DNA of 64,000 nt from Lama guanicoe (Eukaryota). The notes below the pieces were generated by a model. It was not told the origin of the DNA. It searched no databases and was given only the letters and a program-made list of their open reading frames with translations. The stretch lies in the NCBI GenBank assembly GCA_013239625.1, contig MU056434.1:496001-560000 (forward strand), in the 5' to 3' direction. Each line of letters begins with the position of its first letter. Position 1 is the stretch's first letter. This document shows positions 52,310-62,314 of this stretch, one piece after another. Both the position numbers and the translations under genes were made by a program.

Positions 52310-54639
52310 CCTTAGAGAAGAGGTCTTACCATCACCAAAGGCTGGAAAGACGAAGACCCAGAGCACACCCACCCCCAGTAGCTGCTTCCCCCTCGGCTTT
52401 CAACTTGCCCTCTCCAGGGCTTTCAACCTGCCCTCTCCAGCCACAGCCACAGGGAAAGTGCAGGGCTCGCTGGTCCTTCCCTCTCTGGACTCAGACACCA
52501 GAAAAAGTATGTTTGAGCTGAATAAGGAGTCAGGAGACAAGAATGCAGAGTTGGGAAGCCGGAAAGTGCAATGGTGCGCTCTCCAAAGCACCACACTCCT
52601 CTTGGTTTGTTAATCCCAAGTGCGGCCGGCAGTTTTCCTGCCCACCCCTCTCCCCACTCCAGGCAGCTCCTAACACCCATCAGTCTCTACGGGAGGCTCA
52701 GCAGTGATTCAGACCATCATTGTGTCCTTCAGGACAGCAGAAATTTATCCCCACAGCCCTGCCAAACACTCCATGGGACAGGGTGGATTTCAAGAGATTT
52801 TAAAAGAGAGGAAATTTGACAAAGAACAGGTTTTAAAGAGTCTCAATTGCTTTGATCACTGTCTATTAGGTTTCCAAAGCACTTTATAGCCTGGAGAGCC
52901 GTCTTCCTTCCCAAGAGAACACCGTAACTGGACCATGAAGACGGAGGGGCAGGTACCGCAGTTTCTGCTCTAGGATGGCAGAGAGGCCCCAGGCTCACTG
53001 CCCTGCCCACTCTGCCAGGCTGGGATGACTGGCTGCTGACCTGGTCACAGACTCTCACTCATTTGCACTTAAATAATTGCTTAAGCATCTTGACTGACTT
53101 ATGCTTACACAGCATAAAACTTGTGTTCTACATAGAAGTTTGCCATCAAGTGAGAAATTATAGGGCAGAAGAGAGACTGGAGAACGGTCCGCTACACACA
53201 CAAACTCATCCAGGCAAAGTGGTGCAAACTGCAAATTCCTTCAGATGCCACTCGCACAGCCGCAAACTCATAATACGACATTTCCTGATTCACCAGCACC
53301 ACGGTGTGTAACTACTGAATGTCTGCCCTGTTCTCCAGAGAAGAGCTCACACTCACGTCAGGAAATGCTCTTGGAGAGCAACACAGGAGAAGCGAAACTA
53401 GACCCCCGCGCTTCTGCTTTCACGCACAGTAAGTCTCGCTGTCTCTGTAGGTCAGGGCCACCTCAGCTCCCAGCTGTGCCGGCCCACATCATCAAGTGCC
53501 CGTTGTGTGGAAGGCACTGCCGACAGTGACAGAGAACACGGTGGCGAGTGCCCGGAGTGCACACTCACAGGAACAGAGCACATTCAGAGCAACTCAGGAG
53601 CAACGGTAACATCAGGAGAAAGCGACCTCACCCAGGCCTGAAAAATGAGGATGACGTCCTGCAGGAAACGGGACAGGGGAACACTGACTGAAGGAACAGA
53701 CAGAGGCGGAAAGTGTCCAGGGATCAAGTTCAAAACTTAAAAGCTACATGCTTCAGAAAAGCAAGACCATCCACTCCACTTGCTCTAAAAGAAAACCGTG
53801 GCTCCCTCTAGTCACACAGCCAAGTAGAAAAGAGGAACGAATCAGGGTGACCCTTTGCTATCAGCAGGCAGGCAGGCCAGCCAGCTGTGGGCCCTGGGTC
53901 GTTCCCATGGGCTTCAGCACTGTCAACAAGGAGATGGTGACTTTCTCCCCTCACCTCCTTGGGGAGCAAGTCCAACTCCTGCAGCAGGTGTGCAGACAAG
54001 ATGGAACTGTGACGAAACTGCTGGTTGCCACGGGTTTCACTGTATGAGTCTCTTCCCAACCAGAGGCCTGGATGAGTCTGTTTCCCAGGGTGTGCTTTGG
54101 AGCCCCTGCCACAGAGCTAAGGAAGACCCTCTTCCAGAACACACCTCTGCCCTATGGGCCTCAACTCAAGTCACCCAGATGCTCCAGCTCAGAGTGCACG
54201 TGGTGCCTTGGGCTGCAGCCACAGTCCCCACTGGAGGCACTGTCACCAGATCCAGCCCTTCCGCATGGTAGAGCATGCCCATGCCAGGTATGCACCCCAC
54301 AACTGAAGGGCCACGGCGGGGATTCCGGCCCGGTTTCACACACTGGACCACCCTGCACGACCCAGCCGGCTCCTAGGGCTGCTCCCCGGGGCCAGGCCGC
54401 GACCCTTGCTCGGCCCACGGGTGGGTGGCCGGGGGCGAGGGCGGACGTGGCCGCGGCCGGGCGGAGCACGTGCCCAGCTCCCTAGCTCCCCGCGCGAGGG
54501 CAGAGTCCGCTCCCGCTGCCGGGGCACCGGGCACCTGGCATCGGAGTCAGGCAGGCAGAGCCTGCGCGCGCCTCCCGCCCAGCTCTGGACCCCGGCCCGG
54601 CTGCGGGCTCGGCTCTCCGCTACCCCCGCGCGCACTCAC

Positions 54640-54676
54640 CATTGTGGTTGACCCAGGTCGGCTTCAGGAGCTTCAT
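54640..54676 (-). CDS. HIRA: HIRA coding exon 1 (MKLLKPTWVNHN-G)
   Basis: ATG at 54676 in context GAACAATGA; translates to the HIRA N-terminus; donor G|gtgagt; 37 nt. Confidence 0.97.
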
Positions 54677-54718
54677 TGTTCGGCCGCCGCCGCCGGGCTG
54701 AGGCGAGAGCCGCGTCCC

Positions 54719-54736
54719 TCAGCGCGCCCGAGCCAT
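54719..54736 (-). other. HIRA 5'UTR uORF2 (MARAR*)
   Basis: ATG GCT CGG GCG CGC TGA, context TCCATGG, stop 42 nt upstream of the main ATG. Confidence 0.75.
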
Positions 54737-54796
54737 GGAGCCGCCGCCGCCGCTGCCCGCGCCGCCCGCCCTCCGGCCGCCGCCCGCCCCGCGCTC

Positions 54797-54814
54797 TCAG
54801 CGCCGCCGCGCCAT
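54797..54814 (-). other. HIRA 5'UTR uORF1 (MARRR*)
   Basis: ATG GCG CGG CGG CGC TGA, strong Kozak (GAGATGG); assumes the TSS is upstream. Confidence 0.7.
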
Positions 54815-54830
54815 CTCCGGCCCGCGCCCC

Positions 54831-54890
54831 CCGCCGCCGCCGCCACAGCCGACCCCCGCGCTCGGCCGCCGCCGCCGCCGCCACAGCCGC
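54831..54890. repeat. Two copies of (CCG)n-CCACAGCCG in the HIRA leader
   Basis: ccgccgccgccgccacagccg at 54831-54851 and 54869-54889. Confidence 0.8.
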
Positions 54891-55597
54891 AGCCCCTGCC
54901 CCGCTCCTCCTCCGGCGGCTCCCGGGCAACGCCGGAAGTCACGGCGCGCACCTGCCAAACCGCCCCGGCGGGAAACCGCTCCCCGCGCGCACGGGCCGCC
55001 CGACTCCTCGGCCGGCCAGCGGGCGGGCAGGCGGGTCCGCCCCCCGGGGCCGTGAGCGAGGGGACGGCCGGCCGGGAGCAGGCGGGCGGGCGAGCAGGGT
55101 CAGGGGTGCGGAGGGCCGGCGGAGCCAGGCAGGGCGGCGCGGCGCGGACGGCCTCGCGGCTCCGCCCGCCGGTGTCGAGCAGACTAATTAACTGGCTTCC
55201 GCCTGCCCGAGCGCGCGTTCATTGGGCGCCCGCGAGCGCAGGCCACGTGCCGCTCGGGGTGCAGCCACCGCGGCCCTGGCTCGGACGCCGGCGGGAGAGC
55301 CGGCGCGAGCGGGCGCGCTTGCTGGACGGCCGGCTGCACTGCAGGCTCGGCCCTCGCGGGGCGCAGGCCGAGTCGCCTGGGAGCGGCCGGGGCAGCGCCG
55401 GCGGGAATAAGGACCCCGGCCGGCGCGAGGTGCGAGGCACCGGGCGCGGGGGCGGGGCCACGTCGGGGGCGGGGCCAGGCGCGGCGGCCGGAACGCGGGA
55501 GCGCGGGGCGGCGCGGCGGCCGGACTGGTGAGCAACGCACGGCGGGCCTGGCCACCGAGGGGTGCGTGCCCGGAAGCGCCGTCGCCGACCCGGAGCC

Positions 55598-55650
55598 ATG
55601 GCGGCCGCGGCGCTGGGGGCGGCCTGGCGCGCTCTGCGCCCGCCCAGGAG
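55598..55650 (+). CDS. MRPL40: MRPL40 exon 1 (MAAAALGAAWRALRPPRR), mitochondrial presequence-like
   Basis: GCCATGG Kozak, gtgagt donor, 53 nt, Arg/Ala-rich with no acidic residues. Confidence 0.93.
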
Positions 55651-55817
55651 GTGAGTGCGGCCCGGCCGGGCGCCCAGGACGCGCGGGGACGCGGGTGAAG
55701 ACTCCCCATCGGCCTGGCGGCCTGACCCAGCAGTTACGAGGGCGTCATCACTGAGTCCTCCATTCCCAGCGGGCGGGCGGCGGAGTCAGGCACTTATTCA
55801 TGCGCCGTCTCTTCCAG

Positions 55818-55901
55818 GCTTCTGGGAATGTGGCCGGCGCAGACCAGGGACGCGCACCAGCGGGCTTCGCTGCTGTCCTTCTGGGGACTCGTGCCCATGA
55901 G
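55818..55901 (+). CDS. MRPL40: MRPL40 exon 2 ([28 protein letters not shown])
   Basis: cttccag acceptor, gtaagc donor, 84 nt. Confidence 0.94.
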
Positions 55902-56785
55902 GTAAGCCCGGCTGCGGGCCCCGCCTCAGTCGCCCGCGGGGACCCCACGCGCCAGGACGCCCAGCGCTCGGTTGGCAAAGGATCTCAGTTACATTCACGC
56001 AAAAGCTTTTTTCTGTCATTTCATACGAAACTCTGTTACTGCCTGTAATCAGAAAACAAAAACCAAGTGTAAAAGCGGCCTAAAGAAAAACTAGCCTTGG
56101 AGGGATTCGTGTGTGTTTTAAAGAGCCTAGCACTTTGATTTCTTGCTCCCTGGAGAGGTAGGACGATGTGTGAGGATTCGTTTTTCCACCTGGGATGCCG
56201 GATTCTTTCTAGGGATTTGATTCATGAAACTCAGTCTTGATACCGGAGGATTTGATGTGTTCTCAGTAGTTTATTATCATCATAGGAGATGTGTTCCTCA
56301 GAGTAAATCAAACTTTTGTCAGTGCTCGGGGATGGGGAAATTTGTTAAAAAATCTTGAAAAGTAAGAACTTGCCAGTCATTTTTACTAGACTTTCTTAGT
56401 CTTATCAAATCAACGTTATAAATCACAAATCCATTCAAGATCTGAATAATAAACTTCTAATTCATCTGTTTGGTATTTTCACTTTTCAGTGTTACCTCAA
56501 GGTGCCCCCGAACCCCAGTTGTAAAGATGAGCCCTTCCTTTAATTTATCCTGACATCCCATGAAGTTTCGCCACCCCTTCCTGGGGTGGCTGTGCCCACG
56601 GGGTTCTCAGCAGGACCCTCGGGATATGGTCTCCCTGCCACACTCAGCCTAGGAGTTCAGGCCCACACAGTTCCTTACCTAGTCGAGAGTTCAGTGTGCG
56701 TTTGGGGGCGCTTCATCGGGCGCCACGTCTCTGCGTGTTCACAAGACAGAAGAGCAACATATCTCATGTTTGCTTTACCCTTTAG

Positions 56786-56944
56786 AGCAGAGCCTCTGCG
56801 AAAGAAGAAAAAAGTTGATCCCAAAAAGGACCAGGCAGCAAAGGACCGCTTGAAAAAGAGGATCCGACGGCTGGAAAAGGCGAGCCAGGAGCTAATTCCC
56901 ATTGAGGACTTCATCACGCCAGTCAAGTTCTTGAACAAAACAAG
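56786..56944 (+). CDS. MRPL40: MRPL40 exon 3 ([53 protein letters not shown])
   Basis: tttag acceptor, gtgagg donor, 159 nt; mL40 signature. Confidence 0.96.
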
Positions 56945-57738
56945 GTGAGGGCCCTCCCTCTGGGAGGGGGGCCTCCAGCAGAGTTCTGTCACCTTCAGGG
57001 GTTCTGTTTGCACCTGTAATGGAAAGGGGTCATAGGTTCGGGCTGACTTGGCCTCGTCTGAGTCCTTTTCTCCTGGATTGTCTTGTGGGAGCTGGAGAAA
57101 GCCTTCTTGGGTTCAGGCTGCCCTTGCTGAGTGAGAGAGGGAAACTCAGCAATGGCTGATGAGCAGGGCAGGTGCCTGAGCGAGTTCGCACTGCTGCCCC
57201 TGCAAGAGGAGTCAGCTGTGACGGACGACCTGGGCCCGGGACTGCAGCTGCTGCCCCATCCTGATGGTAGGAGGCCATAGCCTCTTGCTCTCAGATGCAG
57301 ATGCTCATAGTTGGGGTGTGTCATGTGTGGGGTTGGTGGGGTTGCTGCCTTCCTGTAAGAAGCGCGTACCACTTATAAAGTAACACTTTGCCGTGAAAGT
57401 GGACACGCAGGTGTTTTTCTGGGCCTCCTGGACTGGTGTAGGCACTTGACTCATTGGGATTTTGCTGTCACTTTCATAACAGTGCCTGGCTCTTCCCAGA
57501 GCCCCTCTCAGCACAGGCAGCCCCACCTGGAGCCAAGGAGGTGCTTCTATTCTTTCTTGTCTCCACGTGAAGCAAACTGCACTGGTTCCTGGCGGCCGTG
57601 GCTGCTACTGCCACATTCAACATTCCATTCCTCAACTTGTCGCCAAGTTCCCTCCGTGTCTGGCAGTGGGGATGCTGGGGTGGCGTGAGGTTGGTCAGCG
57701 AGGCCAGTGCTCATGCCCTTGGTTTCTTGTGTTCCCAG

Positions 57739-58063
57739 ACAGCGGCCTCCGGCAGAGCTCCCCTTCGAGGAGAGCGAGCGCAGGGCCCTGCTTCTGAAGA
57801 AGTGGTCACTGTACAAGCAGCGGGAACATGAGGCGGAGAGGGATGCTGTCCGGTCCCTGCTCCAGGCCCAGCAGGAAGCTCTGCGGGAGCTGCAGCTCAC
57901 AGCCCCGGAGCTCCATGCTGAGGCCACCAAACGGGACCCTGGTCTGTTCCCCTTTGAGAGACAAGGACCAGATTACACGCCTCCCATCTCCAACTACCAG
58001 CCCCCAGAAGGCAGGTACCACGACATCACCAAAGTGTACACACAGGTGGAGTTCAAGAGGTAG
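57739..58063 (+). CDS. MRPL40: MRPL40 exon 4 CDS ([26 protein letters not shown]...[13 protein letters not shown])
   Basis: ttcccag acceptor, TAG stop; total CDS 621 nt = 206 aa. Confidence 0.96.
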
Positions 58064-58131
58064 AGCTGCTGGCAGCCGCGCCCAGAGCGCCCAGATGTCT
58101 GGGTCAGGCCTGCCTGTGGCAGCATGCAGTG

Positions 58132-58137
58132 AATAAA
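58132..58137 (+). terminator. MRPL40 polyadenylation signal AATAAA
   Basis: First AATAAA, about 70 nt after the stop. Confidence 0.8.
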
Positions 58138-58504
58138 TATTTAAGAGCAAGTGTCAGAGTCAAAATTAATTCACCTGAGGCTGTGCGGGGGTGAGAGTGG
58201 CTCGCCTGAGGGAGAGGAGGGCTAAGACCTTGCCCGTTGCCCTCCAGGTATGTGGGGCTGACTCCACCAGCAGGAGGCACAGAGCTCCACGGGAGGGAGT
58301 GGAGGTGAGGGACAGGCAGCAGCACATGGGGAGGAGCAGGGCCAGCCTTGGGGGGTGGGGGTTGCTAGACAGAAGAGGAGGCAGCAGGCCCTCCAGGGCT
58401 CCAGTTACAGCTGCCCTGTGCTCCAGGGTGCGATACCTGGCCAGCCGAGGGTACTCTTGTCTCGTCCAGGTGCTGTGCGCCTGGAGCGGTGAGCTCTGGC
58501 CTAC

Positions 58505-58800
58505 TGAACAAAACACTGCGGACTCCGGGCTTAAACAGGAAAGCGTTTCTCTGGAGGCTGGATATCCAAGAGCCAGGCTTTTGCAGGGCTGTTTCCTCCT
58601 GAGGCCTCTCCCCGTGTCCCCACGTGTTCATCCGTCTGTGTGTGTGTGTCTTGCATCTCTTCTTGCAGGGGCCCCAGTCAGATTGGATCCTATCCCCTCA
58701 AAGGCCTCATTTTAACCTAATGACATCTAAGTACCCCGACTCCATGTAGAGTCCCCCCAAGCTGCGAGGGTGTTGGCCAGTGCATCTAGGAAGGAGGCGG
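58505..58800 (-). mobile_element. MaLR MLT1 (MLT1A/B-like) LTR remnant
   Basis: ggcttaaaca...ctggaggctgg...ctgaggcctctc...ccagtcagattggat...cctcattttaacctaatgacatct. Confidence 0.75.
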
Positions 58801-60145
58801 GGATGTGATGCAGCCTCAAGGGGAGGGTCCGGGATCAGCAGGGAGCCATGTCTGCATCAGGGCCCCTTTACCACCTGAGTGCAAACCAACCAGGGAAACA
58901 GGCCCCTGTCCCTGCTCCCTGCGTGGGGTCCACTTTGGTTTAAGCACCAGACAAGCGCTTTTACTGGATCAGGAAGTCACCTGGGATCCTGAGTCCTGCA
59001 GCCTTGCCTCTTCTGCAGCCGCAGGCCAGCTGGCCAGCTGGCCTGCCACCCCCAGAATTGCAGCTTGGCGCTGCCCCCCATCCCCTGGGCACGGGCACTT
59101 GTTCCTCGTGTCCTGTGTGGCCCTTTCTTTGCCTTGGTGGGCTGCAACTGCCTCCTGGTCTGGGCCGACGCTGCGCCTCCCCCACCTCCCTGCCCATCAC
59201 AGGTGCTTTGGAAAGTCAGATTTTGTCCATTAGGTGTACAATCAACTCAGCGGGTCATGGCCAGCTGTTTCATTTTAACCTTTTATTTAGGAGTAATTAC
59301 AAGTTTCCAACAGGAGATTAGATATTACCACACAGGGCGGTCGGCGTGTGGCTCCCCCAGTATCACATCTTATACACCGTGTGTTCAGACTCCTGGCCGT
59401 GGCGGCCCGCGTCTGTCTTATCCCAGTGTGGTCCCATACAACTACCCCAAGGTCCAGGCACCTCAGGACATCTCCCAGCCCTGACCCTTGACCCCACAGC
59501 CTTCCCATCTCTGTATCATTTCATGGTATTATGTAATGGAACCACATGTGTGACCCTGTGGATCCTGAATGTGGCTCTGAGGGGTGGCACGTGCAGCAGA
59601 CCCAAGCTGCCGGCTCCCCACGGCGCAGGCCAGTGCAGTGCTGGGACACCCGTTCCAGTGACACGTGCAGTATGTCACAGGACACACCAGGTCACAACGT
59701 AAAACACTCGTTATCACAGGCTTGGTCCCAAGAGTCTGAAAGAATTTGCTCTTCCTTGTCACTCTGTCCATTTTCCTCACAGCTGATGTTTGAATGTTCA
59801 CATCTGTTCCCTCAACTCTGCTGGACTCTCTGGTCCTGTCATGGGTGCAGACACCAGGGGTGGACAGGAGAGGGTGTGGGAATATTCTCCAGAATGACGG
59901 TCATCAGTGGTGTGGAACCCACTGGGTATCCAAGAAGGAACAGGACTTCTAACGGGGCGTTGGGTGCTGGCAGCCCGTGGCCCTCGCCTGGCAGGGGCTC
60001 TGCGAGGGGTGCCCCTCAAGACTGTTGCCCTGGCTGCCGCTCCGGCACCTCCTGTTGCCCAGCCCTGTGCCAGGAAGCAGTGAGGAGCTGCTGCGATTCC
60101 AGGCACATGTGTGACTGCGAGGCTCCTGTGTCCCTGCCGGGGCTT

Positions 60146-61032
60146 CAGAGCAAGTAGGGCCCAGGCGGAGCCCTGGCAGCCCACCCTCTCCCCTCCTGCC
60201 CTCCGGCACACAGCCCCTGGGGTGGGGGACCCTGGCTCCCCTCCGCACACTCAGGTGGACACACAGGGCAGATGACCAGGGCCCCACGTGCACAGCCCCC
60301 ACTACTCCCAGGTACATAAGCAGTCAGAGGGCTCTAAGGCACCTGGTAGAGAAGCCACATGACAGGACAATTTGTTCTTTAATGCACACCCCTCTGAAGT
60401 GACAGATTACCCTGTGGCTGGGCTGGGGCTGTGGCGTGAGGGAGGGGCTCTTGTCAGTAACAGAGGCACCTCTGTCAGTTCACCTGCATCTATTTCACAA
60501 ACACCAACAGGAACACAAGCACGCAGAACTCTCTTCCTGCATGAGCATGAGGCCAGGTACCACATCGAACAATCTCAGCAGTTAACCTGGATTTAATTTT
60601 CAGCTTCTACCTGGACTCAAACGAGTGAAATGTCCTTTGATATACTCCACGTTTTCTAAAAGTGACCAGGGAAAGGAGGAGGGAAGAAGACCCACATTCC
60701 ATGTGTCCTGGGCTGAAGACCAAAGTTCACAAACCCAATTCACACAAGGGTGTGCATCCCATCCTGGAGCCATGAGCATCTCCAAAAGGCCCTGGGGGGC
60801 CCACCTGTGCTGCTGAGGGGCTGAGGGAGGGGCCTCAGCGGGGCCGGCACCGAACCAGAGCCAGGCGAGGCTACCTGGCCACCTTATTTTGCTCCTCGCA
60901 TGTCCACATGGGTCAGGGATACCTCTGGAGAGTTCACCCACGAGGTCCAGAGCAAGGAGGGCCCAGGTGGAGCCCTGGTAGCCCATCCTCTCCCCTCCTG
61001 CCCCCCAGAACGCAGCCCCTGGGGTGGGGGAC
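60146..61032. repeat. Dispersed 85-bp direct repeat (60146-60230 and 60948-61032)
   Basis: 77/85 identical by manual alignment, no indels. Confidence 0.92.
60378..60383 (-). terminator. Candidate C22orf39 poly(A) signal ATTAAA (alternatives at 60592-60597 ATTAAA and 59282-59287 AATAAA)
   Basis: Hexamer on the minus strand downstream of the stop; usage not determinable. Confidence 0.35.
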
Positions 61033-61226
61033 GATCCCCAGGGGAGCACAGCCAGCCTGACCACCTCCCGCAGGATCGGCAGTGCTGCCTGTGGCCTGGA
61101 AGATGTGCACTGGGTGCACCGGTTCAGGTGCGGCAGCAGGTAAGGCCAGAGGCGGGGCTCTCAGGGACCCACTGGATGGTTGAGGTCAATCACAGCGGTA
61201 GGGGTGTGAGACATACAGAGCGCTGG

Positions 61227-61352
61227 TCAGCTGTCCTTGTCCTGAGGCAGAGGGAGGTGCCAGTCTGCAGGGGGGCTCTGCCTGGGGGTCCACACCAGGC
61301 CATGCTTCTGTGCGGCCCGGACTCTTGCCCGCTCGCTCTCACAGAGGGACCG
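61227..61352 (-). CDS. C22orf39: C22orf39 exon 3 CDS (RSLCESERARVRAAQKHGLVWTPRQSPPADWHLPLPQDKDS*)
   Basis: tttgcag acceptor, TGA stop; total 318 nt = 105 aa. Confidence 0.93.
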   Translation of the reverse strand, partial: RSLCESERARVRAAQKHGLVWTPRQSPPADWHLPLPQDKDS

Positions 61353-61455
61353 CTGCAAAGGAGACCCGGTCACTTTTGTCCCCATGTGCCCCCGGACAGC
61401 TCCCTCCTCCAGGCACCCGCCCACCCCTGGCCAGCGCAGGGAGCGCTCTGAGTCA

Positions 61456-61478
61456 GCGCGCGCGCGCACACACACATA
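61456..61478. repeat. (GC)6(AC)4 alternating purine-pyrimidine microsatellite
   Basis: gcgcgcgcgcgcacacacacata. Confidence 0.85.
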
Positions 61479-61994
61479 AATTACTAATCTCTTCCCATAT
61501 AGGCTGCAAACCATCTTCCCGATTTTCCATTTATCACGGACTTACCGTTCTCTCTCAAACATACCAGTCCTGCTGCCCCGTCCCGTGAAAACAACCCCTC
61601 ACTGCTTCCCCTCTCCAACAGCTCCAAGGCCTCACTGTGCCCTGGACTAGGATGAAGGAGCCAGGAGCACAGGGCTTTGTTCTCATCACTCCTGTATCCC
61701 CAAGAGCATCCTTCCCAAGCGGTATCTAGTAAACGAATGGACCAGAACCATCTCCTGACTGGTATCCCGCCCTGGCGGCAAGCACGCTTCCCAACACACG
61801 TGAAGGCCTGAACCTAACTCCTTTTTTAAGGCCTGCCGGGACTACCCTCACCCCGACCCCTCTGCAGCCGCCCCCTGCCCTCAGCGGTGGGCCGTCTCTG
61901 TCCCGGCGTCGGGCCCGGGGCTGGGTGATGCTACTCGGGCAGCTTCCCGGGCTCGGCAGAACCAACCCCTGCAGGCCAGTCCCCTGGGCCTCAC

Positions 61995-62162
61995 CTGGGC
62001 CTCGGCGCTGCGGCGCTCCTCCCACTCGCGGCAGCTGGCCAGGTCCCGCCGCCACTGCCCGCAGGCCGGCCGCTCTCCGTGGACGTAGTAGTGGCGCAGG
62101 AAGTGCCCGGCGCTGCAGCAGAGCTCCCACTCCGCGCGGTAGGCCTCGCACGGGCGCGGCGG
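61995..62162 (-). CDS. C22orf39: C22orf39 exon 2 (PPRPCEAYRAEWELCCSAGHFLRHYYVHGERPACGQWRRDLASCREWEERRSAEAQ)
   Basis: ctgcag acceptor, gtgagg donor, 168 nt; two CX9C-spaced Cys pairs. Confidence 0.93.
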
Positions 62163-62290
62163 CTGCAGGGACCAGGCGTGAGCAGGCGACCCGCAGCCCG
62201 CCCACCCCGCTCGCCCGGACCCGGTCACCACCCGCTAGCCTCGCTCAGCCTGGACCGAGTTATCGCCCGTCCCGTGGGCCCCGGGCTCAC

Positions 62291-62314
62291 CCGCCAGCCA
62301 CCGCCGTCGGCCAT
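62291..62314 (-). CDS. C22orf39: C22orf39 (PANTS, UPF0545) coding exon 1 (MADGGGWR)
   Basis: GACATGG Kozak, gtgagc donor, 24 nt. Confidence 0.88.

Larger units (their letters stand above)
54310..55975. promoter_or_regulatory. CpG island, bidirectional HIRA/MRPL40 promoter
   Basis: Very high GC/CpG; divergent ATGs at 54676(-) and 55598(+); ETS/GABP CCGGAAGT 54932-54939 and CCGGAAGC 55570-55577; E2F-like GGCGGGAAA 54967-54975; reverse CCAAT 55221-55225; E-box CACGTG 55244-55249; GC boxes. Confidence 0.9.

Noticed and set aside
54425-55531. 368-aa plus-strand ORF and other long ORFs over the CpG island
   Set aside because: Ala/Arg/Pro/Gly low-complexity products expected from stop-poor GC-rich DNA; no recognisable domain
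56781-57742. Nearby alternative AGs at MRPL40 exon 3 (tag|AGCAG) and exon 4 (cag|ACAG)
   Set aside because: Offsets of +5 and +4 are not NAGNAG and would frameshift; no support
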